Below are positions 24,433 through 35,694 of a stretch of DNA of 64,000 nucleotides, in pieces. The notes under the pieces were generated by a model. The model saw nothing but the letters and a program-made list of their open reading frames with translations. It ran no database searches and was not told the origin of the DNA. A program made the translations under genes and the position numbers. The stretch comes from Azolla caroliniana (Eukaryota > Plantae > Polypodiophyta): the NCBI GenBank assembly GCA_043228905.1, contig JBHGNT010000013.1, positions 13,082,001 to 13,146,000 on the forward strand. Reading direction: 5' to 3'. Each line of letters begins with the position of its first letter. Position 1 is the stretch's first letter.

Positions 24433-27400
24433 TGTTGGGATTTCGGTCCCTCCGGATGGGATGTCCGGAGATGAATGACGGCAAGCCCGGTTGCGGTTAC
24501 GGAACCGGATGATGAAGAGTACCCGGCTACGGAGCCGGATGATGAAGACCCCGGCTACGGAGCCGGATGACGAATGTACCCGGAGAGAGATCCGGATGCG
24601 GGGACATATTTGTGAATATGTTTGCCAAGGGCCCTTGTGGCTATATTTGTAAATAGCCCGAAAGTCATATGTGTATAAATATGACTTAGGGCAAACTGTT
24701 TAGTGTTGCTGTATGTTGTTGCCTATTGTGTATTGCCACTCTTATGTGCAAGAGTGAAGAGAGCAGCCGAGAGAGAGAGAGAGAGAGCGACGAAGAGGTC
24801 ATTGCCTCTGTGTAATACCGCCGCCTGTGGTGAGGACAGCGAGCTCAAGGTCGTCGCCTTGCAGCTCGCCATTGTACATTCACCACAGATAGTGATAGTT
24901 GGAGTTTGAGGACTCCCGTGGTTTTTCCCATTTAGGGTTTTCCACGTAAAACATCCTGTGTACTCCACCCTCTATTAGTGTTGTGCATCTTTTGTATTTC
25001 CCGTTTTCTGTGAGTAGATCCTATTCCTCGGTTGTAGCCGAGCACTGTGTTTAACAAACTGGTATCAGAGCGACGGTAACACAGAAAATGGAAGGCGGCG
25101 GTAGTGGGCCTCCGGGCATGATGGTGTTGAACTCACAAAACTACGCCGACTGGAAGATAAAGATGGAAGACCTTCTCATCGTCCGAGACCTGTACGAACC
25201 GATCGACAATGCCGAGATACCCAAGGGAGTAATAGAGTCGGAGTGGAAGCTCCTGAACCGGAAAGCCGTAGCGACGATCCGGCAATACATCGACGTGAGC
25301 GTTCTACAACATGTGGCGAACGACACCAACGCATATGAGATGTGGCGGAAGCTGTCGGGCCTCTATGAGAGGAAGAATGCGTTGAACCGGACCTCCCTGA
25401 TGAGGAAGATAGTGAACCTCAAGTACCGGGACGGCGAGAGTATGGTGGAACACGTAAGCACGTTCATGGGATTCGTGAACCAGCTTGCGGCGATCAAGTT
25501 CCCGTTGGAGGATGCAATGCAAGCCATCATTCTGATGTGTACATTGCCGGAAAGCTGGGAGAACTTGGTGGTGACTCTCAGCACCTCCTGCACCGAAGAT
25601 AACTTGTCTCTACAAACGGTAAAGACAAGCATTTTGAACGAAGAAGCGCGTCGGAAAGATAAAGAACCGGTTTCCGATCCGAAGATGCTGCTTACCGAAT
25701 CGGATCGGGGAAGACAACGGAACCGGAGTCCGCAAAGACGGGAGAAGTCGGGGACCCGGTCGCAGTCAAGAGGAAGGCCCACATGCTTCCACTGTGGGAA
25801 GCCGGGGCACTTCCGGAAGAATTGTCGGCATTACCGAAAGGACAACGGAGCCGACGACACCGATTCGAAGAAGTCACCGGAGAGAAACGGTGCATACCGG
25901 GGAGCCACGGACCGGAGAGGTCCGGATCGGCGAGGGCAGGACCGGAAAGGAACGACGGCACTCGCGGCAAGTGAAGAAGAGATAATGCTCATTACCGAAG
26001 AGAGGGAGCTAAACCTTGCCGGTGTAGAGATGACCTGGATGGTCGATTCCGGAGCGTCGTTCCACCTGACCCCGGAGAAGAAATACTTCTCATCCTACAC
26101 AGCCGGTGAGCACGACTGTGTCCGGATGGGAAATGAAGGCACATGCCGGATTGCCGGCATAGGAGACGTGTGGCTGATGACATCAACCGGATGCAAGATG
26201 CTGCTGAAGGATGTTCGACACGTTCCGGAGGTCCGATTGAACCTGATCTCGGCCGGGAGGCTAGATGATGAAGGCTACACGGGTAGCATCCGGAACGGTG
26301 TCATGAAGTTCAGCAAAGGGAGCCTGATAGTGGCTCGGGCCCGGAAGGTCAATACCCTGTACCTGATGAATTCCCGGCTATGCCCGGAGGAGCTGAACGT
26401 GGCAGCCGACACTGCCGGTGAGCTGTGGCACAAGAGACTGTGCCACATGAGTGAGAAGGGGATGAAGAAGCTTGCCGATGACAACCTGATACCGGTAAAG
26501 CACGTACACCTGGGGAAGTGTACCGACTGTCTGGCCGGTAAGCAAAACCGGACCTCCTTCCACTCAAGCCCACCGACGAGACGTAGCGCACCATTGGAGT
26601 TGGTGCACACTGACGTGTGCCAAGTAGAAACGAAGTCACATGGCGGAGCCCAGTACTTCGTGACATTCATTGATGACCACAGCCGGAAGCTGTGGACGGC
26701 ACCGCTGAAGACAAAGGACCAAGTATTGTCCGTCTTCAAAGAACTCCACGCGAGAGTGGAAAGAGAATCCGGCAAGAAGCTGAAAGCACTACGAGCGGAT
26801 AACGGAGGAGAATACCGAGGGCAATTCGAGGAGTATTGCCGTTCGATGGGAATCCGGCTCGAGTTTACTGTGCCGAAGACGCCGGAACTGAACGGGCTGG
26901 CCGAGAGGATGAACCGGACCATAATGGAGAGGGTCCGGAGTATGCTAGCACATGCAAAATTACCCAAGGGATTTTGGGCTGAGGCAATGTCGACGGCGAC
27001 ATATGTGATAAATCGATCACCCTCAGTACCCCTGGATGGAGACACGCCACAGAGAGTGTGGACCGGTAAGGAAGTGTCCTACCGGCATCTGAAGGTGTTT
27101 GGGTGTCTCGCATACGTGCATGTGGCAAAGGACCGGAGAGGAAAGTTAGATCCAAAGACCCGGCCATGCATATTCCTCGGTTACGGCGACGACGAGTTCG
27201 GCTACCGAGTATGGGACCCGGTCGACAAGAAGATATTCAGGAGTCGAGATATCATCTTCATGGAGGACAAGACACTCGCCGACTGGGAGTCGGAGAAGAA
27301 GATGAAGAGCTCCAAGTCGACCGGTGAGGATCAACTCTACGAGGAGCAGTCCCGACCGGCAAAGGACCGGTTAGCACTCGAGGATCCGGCCGAAGACGGT

Positions 27401-29797
27401 GAAGAAACAGAACCGGCCGAGGAAGATGAAACTGATACCGGAACCGGCCCCGATCCCGAAATGGATTCGGATGAAGAGGAAACGGAGGAGCCGGTTACCG
27501 AAGCTCCGGAACGGAGATATCCTCTAAGAGAGAGAAGGGCCCCCCGGAGATTTCCGGAACCAGAGCACGTGCTGCTAACCGACGAGGGGGAGCCAGAGAG
27601 CTTTGAAGAAGCAAAGCATGACACCCATAGCCGCAGGTGGTTAAGTGCCATGCAGGAGGAGATGGATTCCCTGCATGAGAACCACACATATGAACTTGTG
27701 GAGTTGCCGAAAGGAAAGCGGGCACTTCGAAACAAGTGGGTGTTCAAGCTGAAACCGGGAGATGCCGGAAACCCCCCGAGATACAAAGCCAGGATCGTGG
27801 TGAAGGGGTTCCAGTAGAAGAGGGGCGTCGACTTCGACGAGATATTTGCCCCGGTAGTGAAGATGACCTCCATCCGGACGGTGCTGAGCATAGCGGCAAG
27901 CATGGACCTCGAGGTAGAACAGATGGACGTGAAGACGGCATTCCTTCACGGTGACCTCGAAGAAGAGATCTACATGCAGCAACCGGAAGGATTCGAGAAG
28001 AAAAGGAAGGAGCACCTGGTATGCCGGTTGAAGAAGAGCCTTTACGGACTGAAGCAGGCTCCCCGGCAGTGGTACCGGAAGTTCGACTCTTTCATGACCG
28101 ACGAAGGGTACCACAAAACGCAGTCCGATCACTGCGTGTTTGTGAAGAAGTTCGAAGGAGGAGACTTTCTAATACTCCTCCTGTACGTGGACGACATGTT
28201 GATCGTCGGACGGGACCAGGTCAAGATACGGATGCTGAAGAAAGCGCTTCACCGAACCTTCTCAATGAAGGACCTGGGTCCAGCGAGGCAAATACTAGGG
28301 ATGCACATCATCCGGGACCGGAAGAAGAAGCAGTTGTGGCTGTCACAGGACAAGTACGTGACAAAGGTGCTTCACCGGTTCAACATGTCGGAAGCAAGAC
28401 CGGTCGGGTCAACCCTCCCGGCAAACTGCAAGTTGTCCAGCAAGCAAAGCCCCAAGTCAAAGGCTGAGAAGGAGGACATGATGAAAGTACCATATGCCTC
28501 TGCCGTCGGAAGCTTGATGTACGCAATGGTGTGTACAAGACCGGACATAGGATATGCAGTCGGAGTGGTGAGCCGGTACATGAGCAATCCCGGCAAAGAG
28601 CACTGGAACGCGGTCAAGTGGATACTCCGATACCTGAAGGGCACGGCAAACGTGTGCCTCCGATTCAGCTCCGGTAAGCCCGAACTCGACGGCTTTACCG
28701 ATTCGGATATGTCGGCTGATGCTGATACCAGCCGGTCCACATCCGGGTATGTGATGACGTATGCAGGGGGAGCTGTTTCGTGGCAGTCGAGGCTGCAGAA
28801 GACGGTTGCATTGTCAACCACGGAGGCGGAGTACATGGCGGCTGTTGAAGCCGGCAAGGAAATGATATGGATGAAGGACTTCATTAGAGAGCTCGGTATC
28901 CGGCAGGAGGAGTACCGACTCTACTGCGATAGTCAGAGTGCCATCCACCTTGCGAAGAACGCTGCCTATCATTCCCGAACGAAACACATCCAGCGTAGAT
29001 ACCACTGGATCCGGGAAAGGATAGAAGACAAGGAGTTCGTGCTGACGAAGATCCACACAGACGAGAACGGGTCGGATATGCTGACCAAGGTGCTCACACC
29101 CGACAAGCTGGAAGCATGCCGGAAGAGGATCGGATTGGAGAGACATCCCATGCCGAAGTGAAGGGGGAGTTTGTTGGGATTTCGGTCCCTCCGGATGGGA
29201 TGTCCGGAGATGAATGACGGCAAACCCGGTTGCGGTTACGGAACCGGATGATGAAGAGTACCCGGCTACGGAGCCGGATGATGAAGACCCCGGCTACGGA
29301 GCCGGATGACGAATGTACCCGGAGAGAGATCCGGATGCGGGGACATATTTGTGAATATGTTTGCCAAGGGCCCTTGTGGCTATATTTGTAAATAGCCCGA
29401 AAGTCATATGTGTATAAATATGACTTAGGGCAAACTGTTTAGTGTTGTTGTATGTTGTTGCCTATTGTGTATTGCCACTCTTATGTGCAAGAGTGAAGAG
29501 AGCAGCCGAGAGAGAGAGAGAGAGAGAGCGACGAAGAGGTCATTGCCTCTGTGTAATACCGCCGCCTGTGGCGAGGACAGCGAGCTCAAGGTCGTCGCCT
29601 TGCAGCTCGCCATTGTACATTCACCACAGATAGTGATAGTTGGAGTTTGAGGACTCCCGTGGTTTTTCCCATTTAGGGTTTTCCACGTAAAACATCCTGT
29701 GTACTCCACCCTCTATTAGTGTTGTGCATCTTTTGTATTTCCCGTTTTCTGTGAGTAGATCCTATTCCTCGGTTGTAGCCGAGCACTGTGTTTAACA
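24433..29797 (+). mobile_element. Young full-length Ty1/copia (Tnt1/Tork-like); LTRs 24433-25056 and 29172-29797
   Basis: Perfect ATTTT TSD; TG...CA ends; PBS TGGTATCAGAGC 25060-25071; PPT AAGGGGGAG; by eye the LTRs differ by 3 transitions plus one AG repeat unit. Confidence 0.98.
25088..29161 (+). pseudogene. Copia gag-pol polyprotein with a single in-frame TAG at 27815-27817
   Basis: CFHCGKPGHFRKNC, WMVDSGAS, LWHKRLCH, integrase DDE, LYVDDML, RNaseH YCDSQSAI. The 909-aa and 434-aa ORFs are in the same frame (KGFQ*KRGVDFDEIFAPVVKM). Confidence 0.95.
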
Positions 29798-32731
29798 ATT
29801 TTGAGTATACAATCATGCCTTTCAGGCTCACAAATGCACCTGCAGTTTTCCAACATATGGCAAATGACAATTTCCAAGATTTTCTACATATCTTTCTCAT
29901 CATCTATTTAGATGATCTGCTGATTTACTCGAAAACACAAGAGGAGCATGATATACATGTCTGGAAAGTACTTGGACGCTTAAGAAAGTATGGTCTGTAT
30001 GCCATACTTAAGAAGTGCAGTTTTGACAGCAAACAAGTTGAATTCTTGGGTATACTATTTCATCCAAGGGTATCTTCATGGATCCAGCAAAAGTCAAAAC
30101 AATATTGGAATGGCAACCCCCATGTTCTGTTCGAGACATCCAATGTTTCATATCGCAAATTCATATGGAATTATTCAAAGATCGTGTTGCCTCTCACCCA
30201 ACTCACCAAGAAAGATTAAGTGTTTGTTTGGACTAATGAAGCAGACACGACCTTTACTCAACTCAAAATGGCATTCACACCAGCTCCTATCTTAGTGCAT
30301 ATTGATCCCGAAAAGCCATTACTATTGAGGCGAATGCATAAGTCTTGGCAAGGACGGGCAATCCCATCTAGTCGCGTTTCACTCACGAAAATTTACTGAT
30401 ACGGAGATAAACTACGAGGTGCACGACAAGGAGTTATTAGTTGTGATCGACTCTTTTGAGCAATGGTGACATTTCTTGGAAGGATTGCCTCATCAAATCA
30501 ACATTTATAGTGATCACAAAAGTCTAACATATTTTCAAACGGCTCGAGTGTTAAATAGGAGACAAGCTCGGTGGGCACAATTTCTAACTCATTTTGATTT
30601 CAAGATCATTTTCCGCCCCGGGAAACAACAAAGAAAACCAAATGCTCTATCTCGCCGATCATATCTCACACTTTGGCCTGGAGATCTGGCCTTCGACAAT
30701 CAAAAGCAAATTCTCCTAGGACCATCAAAGTTACAAGCAACAACAGTTTATGCCACGCCGCTTGAATCAAACCTTCTGGATACTATTCGGCAACAACTTC
30801 ACTCTAATGATTTCACTGAGGATGTCTTAGCCCACATTAGTCCAAGCCATGCATCTTGCTCCACATTGCAAGGGTCATCTCAACACTATCAGGAGTTCAA
30901 ATGGCAAGATGGCTTACTCTTTTACAAGAATCTCATTTACGTCCCTGATGGATCGCTCCACCTTCAAGTATTGGAGCATTGTCATGATGCCCCCATGGCT
31001 GAACATTTTGGTATTGCCAAGACCATGGAGTTGGTGAAGTGCTTGTTTTGGTGGCCTCATTTGCGAAACTTTGTCGAAGATTATGTTCGTACATGTGACA
31101 CCTGTTGTTGAGCCAAAATACCCAGGCATCATCCTTATGGCTTGTTACAACCATTATCGCCTCCAACTAAGCCATGGCAATCTATTTCTATGGATTTCAT
31201 TAAGGATCTGCCACCTTCAAAAGGATTTGATACTATTTTAATAGTAGTCGATCGATTTACCAAGATGGCGCATTTTTTCCATGTGTAAAGAGCATCAGTA
31301 GTCAAGGAACCGCAGATCTCATTATGCGTGAAGTGTTTCGACATCATGGTCTTCCAGACAATATAATTAGCGATCGTGGTCCTCAATTTATCTCTCACTT
31401 TTGGAAGCACCTATGGGAAGGCCTCAAAATCTCCTGCAAACTCTCTTCGACTTATCATCCACAAACCGACGGACAAACAGAGCACACAAATCAAACGCTC
31501 GAGCAATATCTTTGTTGCTTCATCAGTTATCAACAAGATGATTGGAGTAATATTCGTCTTAACCATCTAGCACACATGCAGCTTCACCCAGTCTTTCATA
31601 GCTCTCTTTTGGAACCTTGTCGCACCTCTTCCATTCCTAATCGAGTCGTGCCACCTTCGCCCTCTGCCCAACTTGATGACGGCCTCATAATATGAGGTAG
31701 CTGCTATTCTTGATTCTAAGATTGTATGCAATAAGCTCTATTATCTAGTTGATTGGGTAGGTTATCGTCCTAGTGATCGCACTTAGGAACCCGTCAATAA
31801 TGCCTCTAATGCTCAAGCTCTTGTCGACGACTTCCATCGTCGCTATCCAAACAAACTGGGCCCGACATTACTAACGTCGACTTCTACTCGTTGTTCTCGA
31901 AGGGGAGATAGTTTCATGAATACATAAACATCATTGATTCACCTTGGCTTGAACCCAAAACCTTGTAATACATAATCAAGAACCCAACCACTAAGATAGC
32001 CTATGATCATATGAGATGACAAAATCTACTTCTTGTAATACATTGATTTATTGTAAATACTCTGGAACATTCTAAAACATTTTAGAATATCCCAAAACAT
32101 CTTAGAATATTCTAGGTCTAGAACATTCTAGAACATTATAGAAATCTCTAAGCTATTCTATAGGAACCTATAAATAGGGGCATACATGTATTCTCAAATC
32201 AATTCGAATCAACACCAGTCTTAAGCTCTCATCACCTACCTTGTATCCATTCTCATTCTACTTTAATACATTCATTTTTCTCTTATAATTTCATTCCCCT
32301 CTTCTTGTGATATCTTTATATATTTCTTCTATCACTCTATCTTCTCTCTTGGTTCTAACAATGCACACTTAACCGAATGTCTACTGTATACGAATGCATG
32401 GTCAAGTATTCGTTTTTAACCAAAAAAAAAAAAGCGAGTACATGAACTCTCTCCTTTTTAGTTTCCTATGATATAAAAAAGGGGACTTAGCACTAATAAA
32501 TTTTTATAATAGATGTAAAAGTACTCGTCTTATTTTTAATAAATAAAATAAAGGTTCATTAATTCCTCATTTTTTATTCTCCCAAAATTTATGGATATTT
32601 TTATCCGACATTAAAACTGGGACTTCACAATATGTAATCATATTTCATTAATAAGTATAAAAATATTCATTTTTTTTAAATAAATAAATTTAAATAAAGG
32701 TTCATAAACTCCCCCATTTCTTATTTGACAC

Positions 32732-32899
32732 CATAGTATGAAGCATACGTATCATTCGTTCATTCTCATTTGCTAACATTCTTATAATCCGAGTATGAAA
32801 AACACCCTCGAAGTACGGTAAATACCATACTTTTACACTCATTATTTATTATAAGGTAAAGTTTTTTAGGGTAAGAAAGTCAAGGTAAAGAAGTATGAA
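32732..32899. mobile_element. Truncated hAT-type MITE (same family as 40320 and 63060)
   Basis: Starts CATAGTATGAA and aligns to 63060 onward; cut off by the LTR at 32900. Confidence 0.7.
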
Positions 32900-33222
32900 T
32901 GTAAAGAATCGGATATGATTCTTGTGCAACGGGAGAGATGTGTGTTATGTGTATAGGTGAGAGGAGAGAGATGAGAGAAGAGAAAACACAAGATAGATAG
33001 ATGAAAGAAAAAAATAGAATACTCAAGAAGAAAGTGTATATTCACAAGGAGAATATGAGATACAAAAATGTAACATTACAAGGAGTCACAACTAACACTC
33101 TATGAAGTAGGAGAAGGGTGCTTTATATAAGGTCACCCTCTCTCTTCATTAACTCACTACAACAATTACTCTCTCTTGGGGAATGTGAAGACTCATAGTC
33201 ATGGGGAATATGGAACTCATTA
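32900..33222 (-). mobile_element. Copia-type LTR fragment related to the LTR at 612
   Basis: TGTAAAGAATC start and shared GGGTGCTTTAT...GTCACCCTCTCTCTTCATT; ends at the TA preceding the pogo TIR. Confidence 0.75.
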
Positions 33223-33524
33223 CAGTAAATATTCGGTTAAGTGCGCACTTTGATCTGAAGGAAAAAGTGTGCACTTAACCGAGCCGCACACTTAGGGTTT
33301 TTTACACACAAAAAAAATTTCCCCCAATTTTTCTTTTCTCTGCACATTTGAGTAAGCGTAGCCCCAACAACCACCAATCAGACCCTCTTTGCACCTTAAT
33401 CGATCCCACATAGCTGGTCACAAGGCTGCTGCTTCACCACGTTGTTGCTCAAGACACTATTGTGCACCTACAATCTTCTTCGGGTATGTAGAGTTTCTAT
33501 GTATTTTTAGGTTTTTTAAGGCCA

Positions 33525-35648
33525 CGGGTTTAGGGAATTAAAAAATAATTTCATTGTGGATGAGTATGTGGATGTATTTGTGCTCTTTTTACTGCTGAAT
33601 TCAAGTAAATTTGTTGATTAGGTTCATAAACTAGATTGCGGGTTTAGGGAATTAGAAAAAAAATTGATAGTGGATGAGTATGTGAATGTATTTTGTTGTT
33701 TTTACTGCTGAATTCGAGTAAATTTATTGATTAGGTTCATAAATTAGATTGCGGGTTTAGGGAAATAGAAAAAAAAATTGATAGTGGATGAGTATGTGAA
33801 TGTATTTTGTTGTTTTTACTACTGAATTCGAGTAAATTTGTTGACTAGGTTCATAAATTAGATTGTGGGTTTAGGGAATTAGAAAAAAAAAATTGATAGT
33901 GGATGAGTATGTGAATGTATTTTGCTGTTTTTACTGCTAAATTTGAGTAAATTTGTTGATTAGGTTCATAAATTAGATTGCAGTGTCGTGGCGTGGCTCG
34001 CCTAGAAGCGTACCGTTGCGTAGACAAAAGATATCGTGAAAGTGAGGGAGGAATCACTGGGATTATGGACGAAAGAGTAGAGATAGAGTAAATAGAGATC
34101 AACAAGATATGACAAGATGGGATATAGAATGATATTTGAAGGAATGAAAGAAACTTATAATTATTTGATGAATGAGTTACAAAATGATTGCGAGCATCGT
34201 TGATCCTTCGATCTTATCTCACAAGGTAATCGCTCTTCTCTTTCTTGATGGTAGACCATAGTCTTCCCTTCAATCTCTTGACAAGTATAAGACTCGAACT
34301 GTCGCCCTTCCGTTGTGAGTTGAGCACCACCACCACCAAGCTAGTTCTTCTTTTCTTTTTTAAGAATACCTTTCTCTCTCTCTTTATCTATTACAATATA
34401 TCTTTCTCTAGATCCAATATAATCATTTCCATCTTATCTCTTGGTTCCCTTTGTCTATACTTCCTTCTCCTTTTATAGGGAAGAGATGGCTCTACATGTG
34501 GGCCATGCAGAGAGGCTCTTGTAACCATATAATACTAGTTAAAATGAAAACAAGACATATATTTATATACATTACAAGTATAGGCTAAATGGTAAGGTGT
34601 GAACACCATAAGGTTGAGGTTGTTGGTTCAAGTCCTCTTTTGCCCATGTAATTTTGTGCATGTATTATATTACATGGTTTAGACTATAAAATACTGCTTC
34701 AAATCATATATTATTTTGTAAATTATTGGTATAGGTTAAATGGTAACCTTTGAGTGTCATTAGGTAGGGTTTATTAGTTCAAGTCCTCCCTTGCCCATGT
34801 AATATAATAGATAAATATATTTTTGTCTCTACATATAATGTATAATATTATCATAGTATGTTATTAACATTATAAAGGTTTATTTTAATTTCATTACGTA
34901 TTTATCTTATTGTAGACTGTGAAGCTTTCGTACTTCACGACAGCAGGTTTAAGGAATTAGAAAAAAAGTTGATAGTGGATGAGTATGTGAATGTATTTTG
35001 TTGTTTTTACTACTGAATTCGAGTAAATTTGTTGATTAGGTTCATAAATTAGATTGTGGGTTTAGGGAATTAGAAAAAAAGTTGATGGTGGATGAGTATG
35101 TGAATGTATTTGGTTGTTTTTACTATTCAATTCGAGTACATTTGTTGATTATATTCATAAATTAGATTGTGGGTTTAGGGAATTAGAAAATAATTTGATT
35201 GTGGATGAATATGTGAATGTATTTGTGTTGTTTTTACTACTGAATTCGAGTAAATTTGTTGATTAGGTTCATAAATTAGATTGTGGGTTTAGGGAATTAG
35301 AAAAAAAGTTGATGGTGGATGAGTATGTGAATGTATTTGGTTGTTTTTACTATTCAATTCGAGTACATTTGTTGATTAGATTCATAAATTAGATTGCGGG
35401 TTTAGGGGATTAGAAAATAATTTGATTGTGGATGAATATGTGAATGTATTTGTGTTGTTTTTACTAATGAATTCAAGTACATTTGTTGATTAGGTTCATA
35501 AATTAGATTGCGGATTTAGGGAATTAGAAAATAATTTGATTGTGGATGAGTATGTGAATGTATTTGTGTTGTTTTTACTACTGAATTCAAGTACATTTGT
35601 TGATTGGGTTCGTAAATTAGATTGATTGTTTAGGGAATTAGAAAATAA
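33525..35648. repeat. 113-115-bp tandem array (~10 units) upstream of the transposase, split by a solo LTR
   Basis: Unit starts near 33525, 33638, 33751, 33865, 33980/34943, 35056, 35169, 35283, 35396, 35510; most begin GYGGGTTTAGGGAATTAG. Confidence 0.95.
33984..34942 (-). mobile_element. Solo LTR with perfect 4-bp TSD (GCAG)
   Basis: TGTCGTG...CACGACA termini. The uninterrupted array unit defines the empty site, so TSD length is unambiguous. TATA on the minus strand near 34475; two tRNA-like modules. Confidence 0.85.
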
Positions 35649-35694
35649 TAGATATAAGTCAATGTGAAATTAGCTCATTAGTCTTATTACAAAG

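Larger units (their letters stand above)
23836..29913 (+). repeat. 236-bp segment of RT present in three tandem copies (23836-24071, 24072-24307, 24308-24432 plus 29803-29913)
   Basis: Near-identical repeats starting TTTTAGAGCACATTGGTGGGGC at a 236-bp period; the third copy is split by the copia. Confidence 0.95.
21685..31900 (+). pseudogene. gag-pol of the chromovirus, interrupted by stops, frameshifts, a triplication and a copia insertion
   Basis: ORF fragments 21685-22389, 22875-23267, 23406-23912, 29803-30219, 30476-31111, 31324-31695; CLYCGGPGHIAIHC zinc knuckle near 22645-22690. Confidence 0.9.
21181..32360 (+). mobile_element. Tcn1-like Ty3/gypsy chromovirus, near full-length but decayed; LTRs 21181-21629 and 31912-32360
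   Basis: Two 449-bp LTRs; TSD GTGCA/ATGCA; PPT before the 3' LTR; domain order gag (21685), protease LLDTGANSCF, RT (LRLVVNYRGLN...YLDD), RNaseH, integrase, chromodomain. Confidence 0.95.
14482..32386 (-). mobile_element. Non-autonomous pogo/Tigger-family element (~1.2 kb net) hosting nested LTR insertions
   Basis: TA-flanked TIRs CAATAACCATTCGGTTAAGTGTGC and GCACACTTAACCGAATGTCTACTG (21/24 match). Both subterminal regions are homologous, inverted, to the ends of the pogo element at 33223-37707. Confidence 0.8.

Noticed and set aside
33525-35648. Interstitial telomere
   Set aside because: Only ~10 nt of telomeric sequence per 113-bp unit and no (TTTAGGG)n run.
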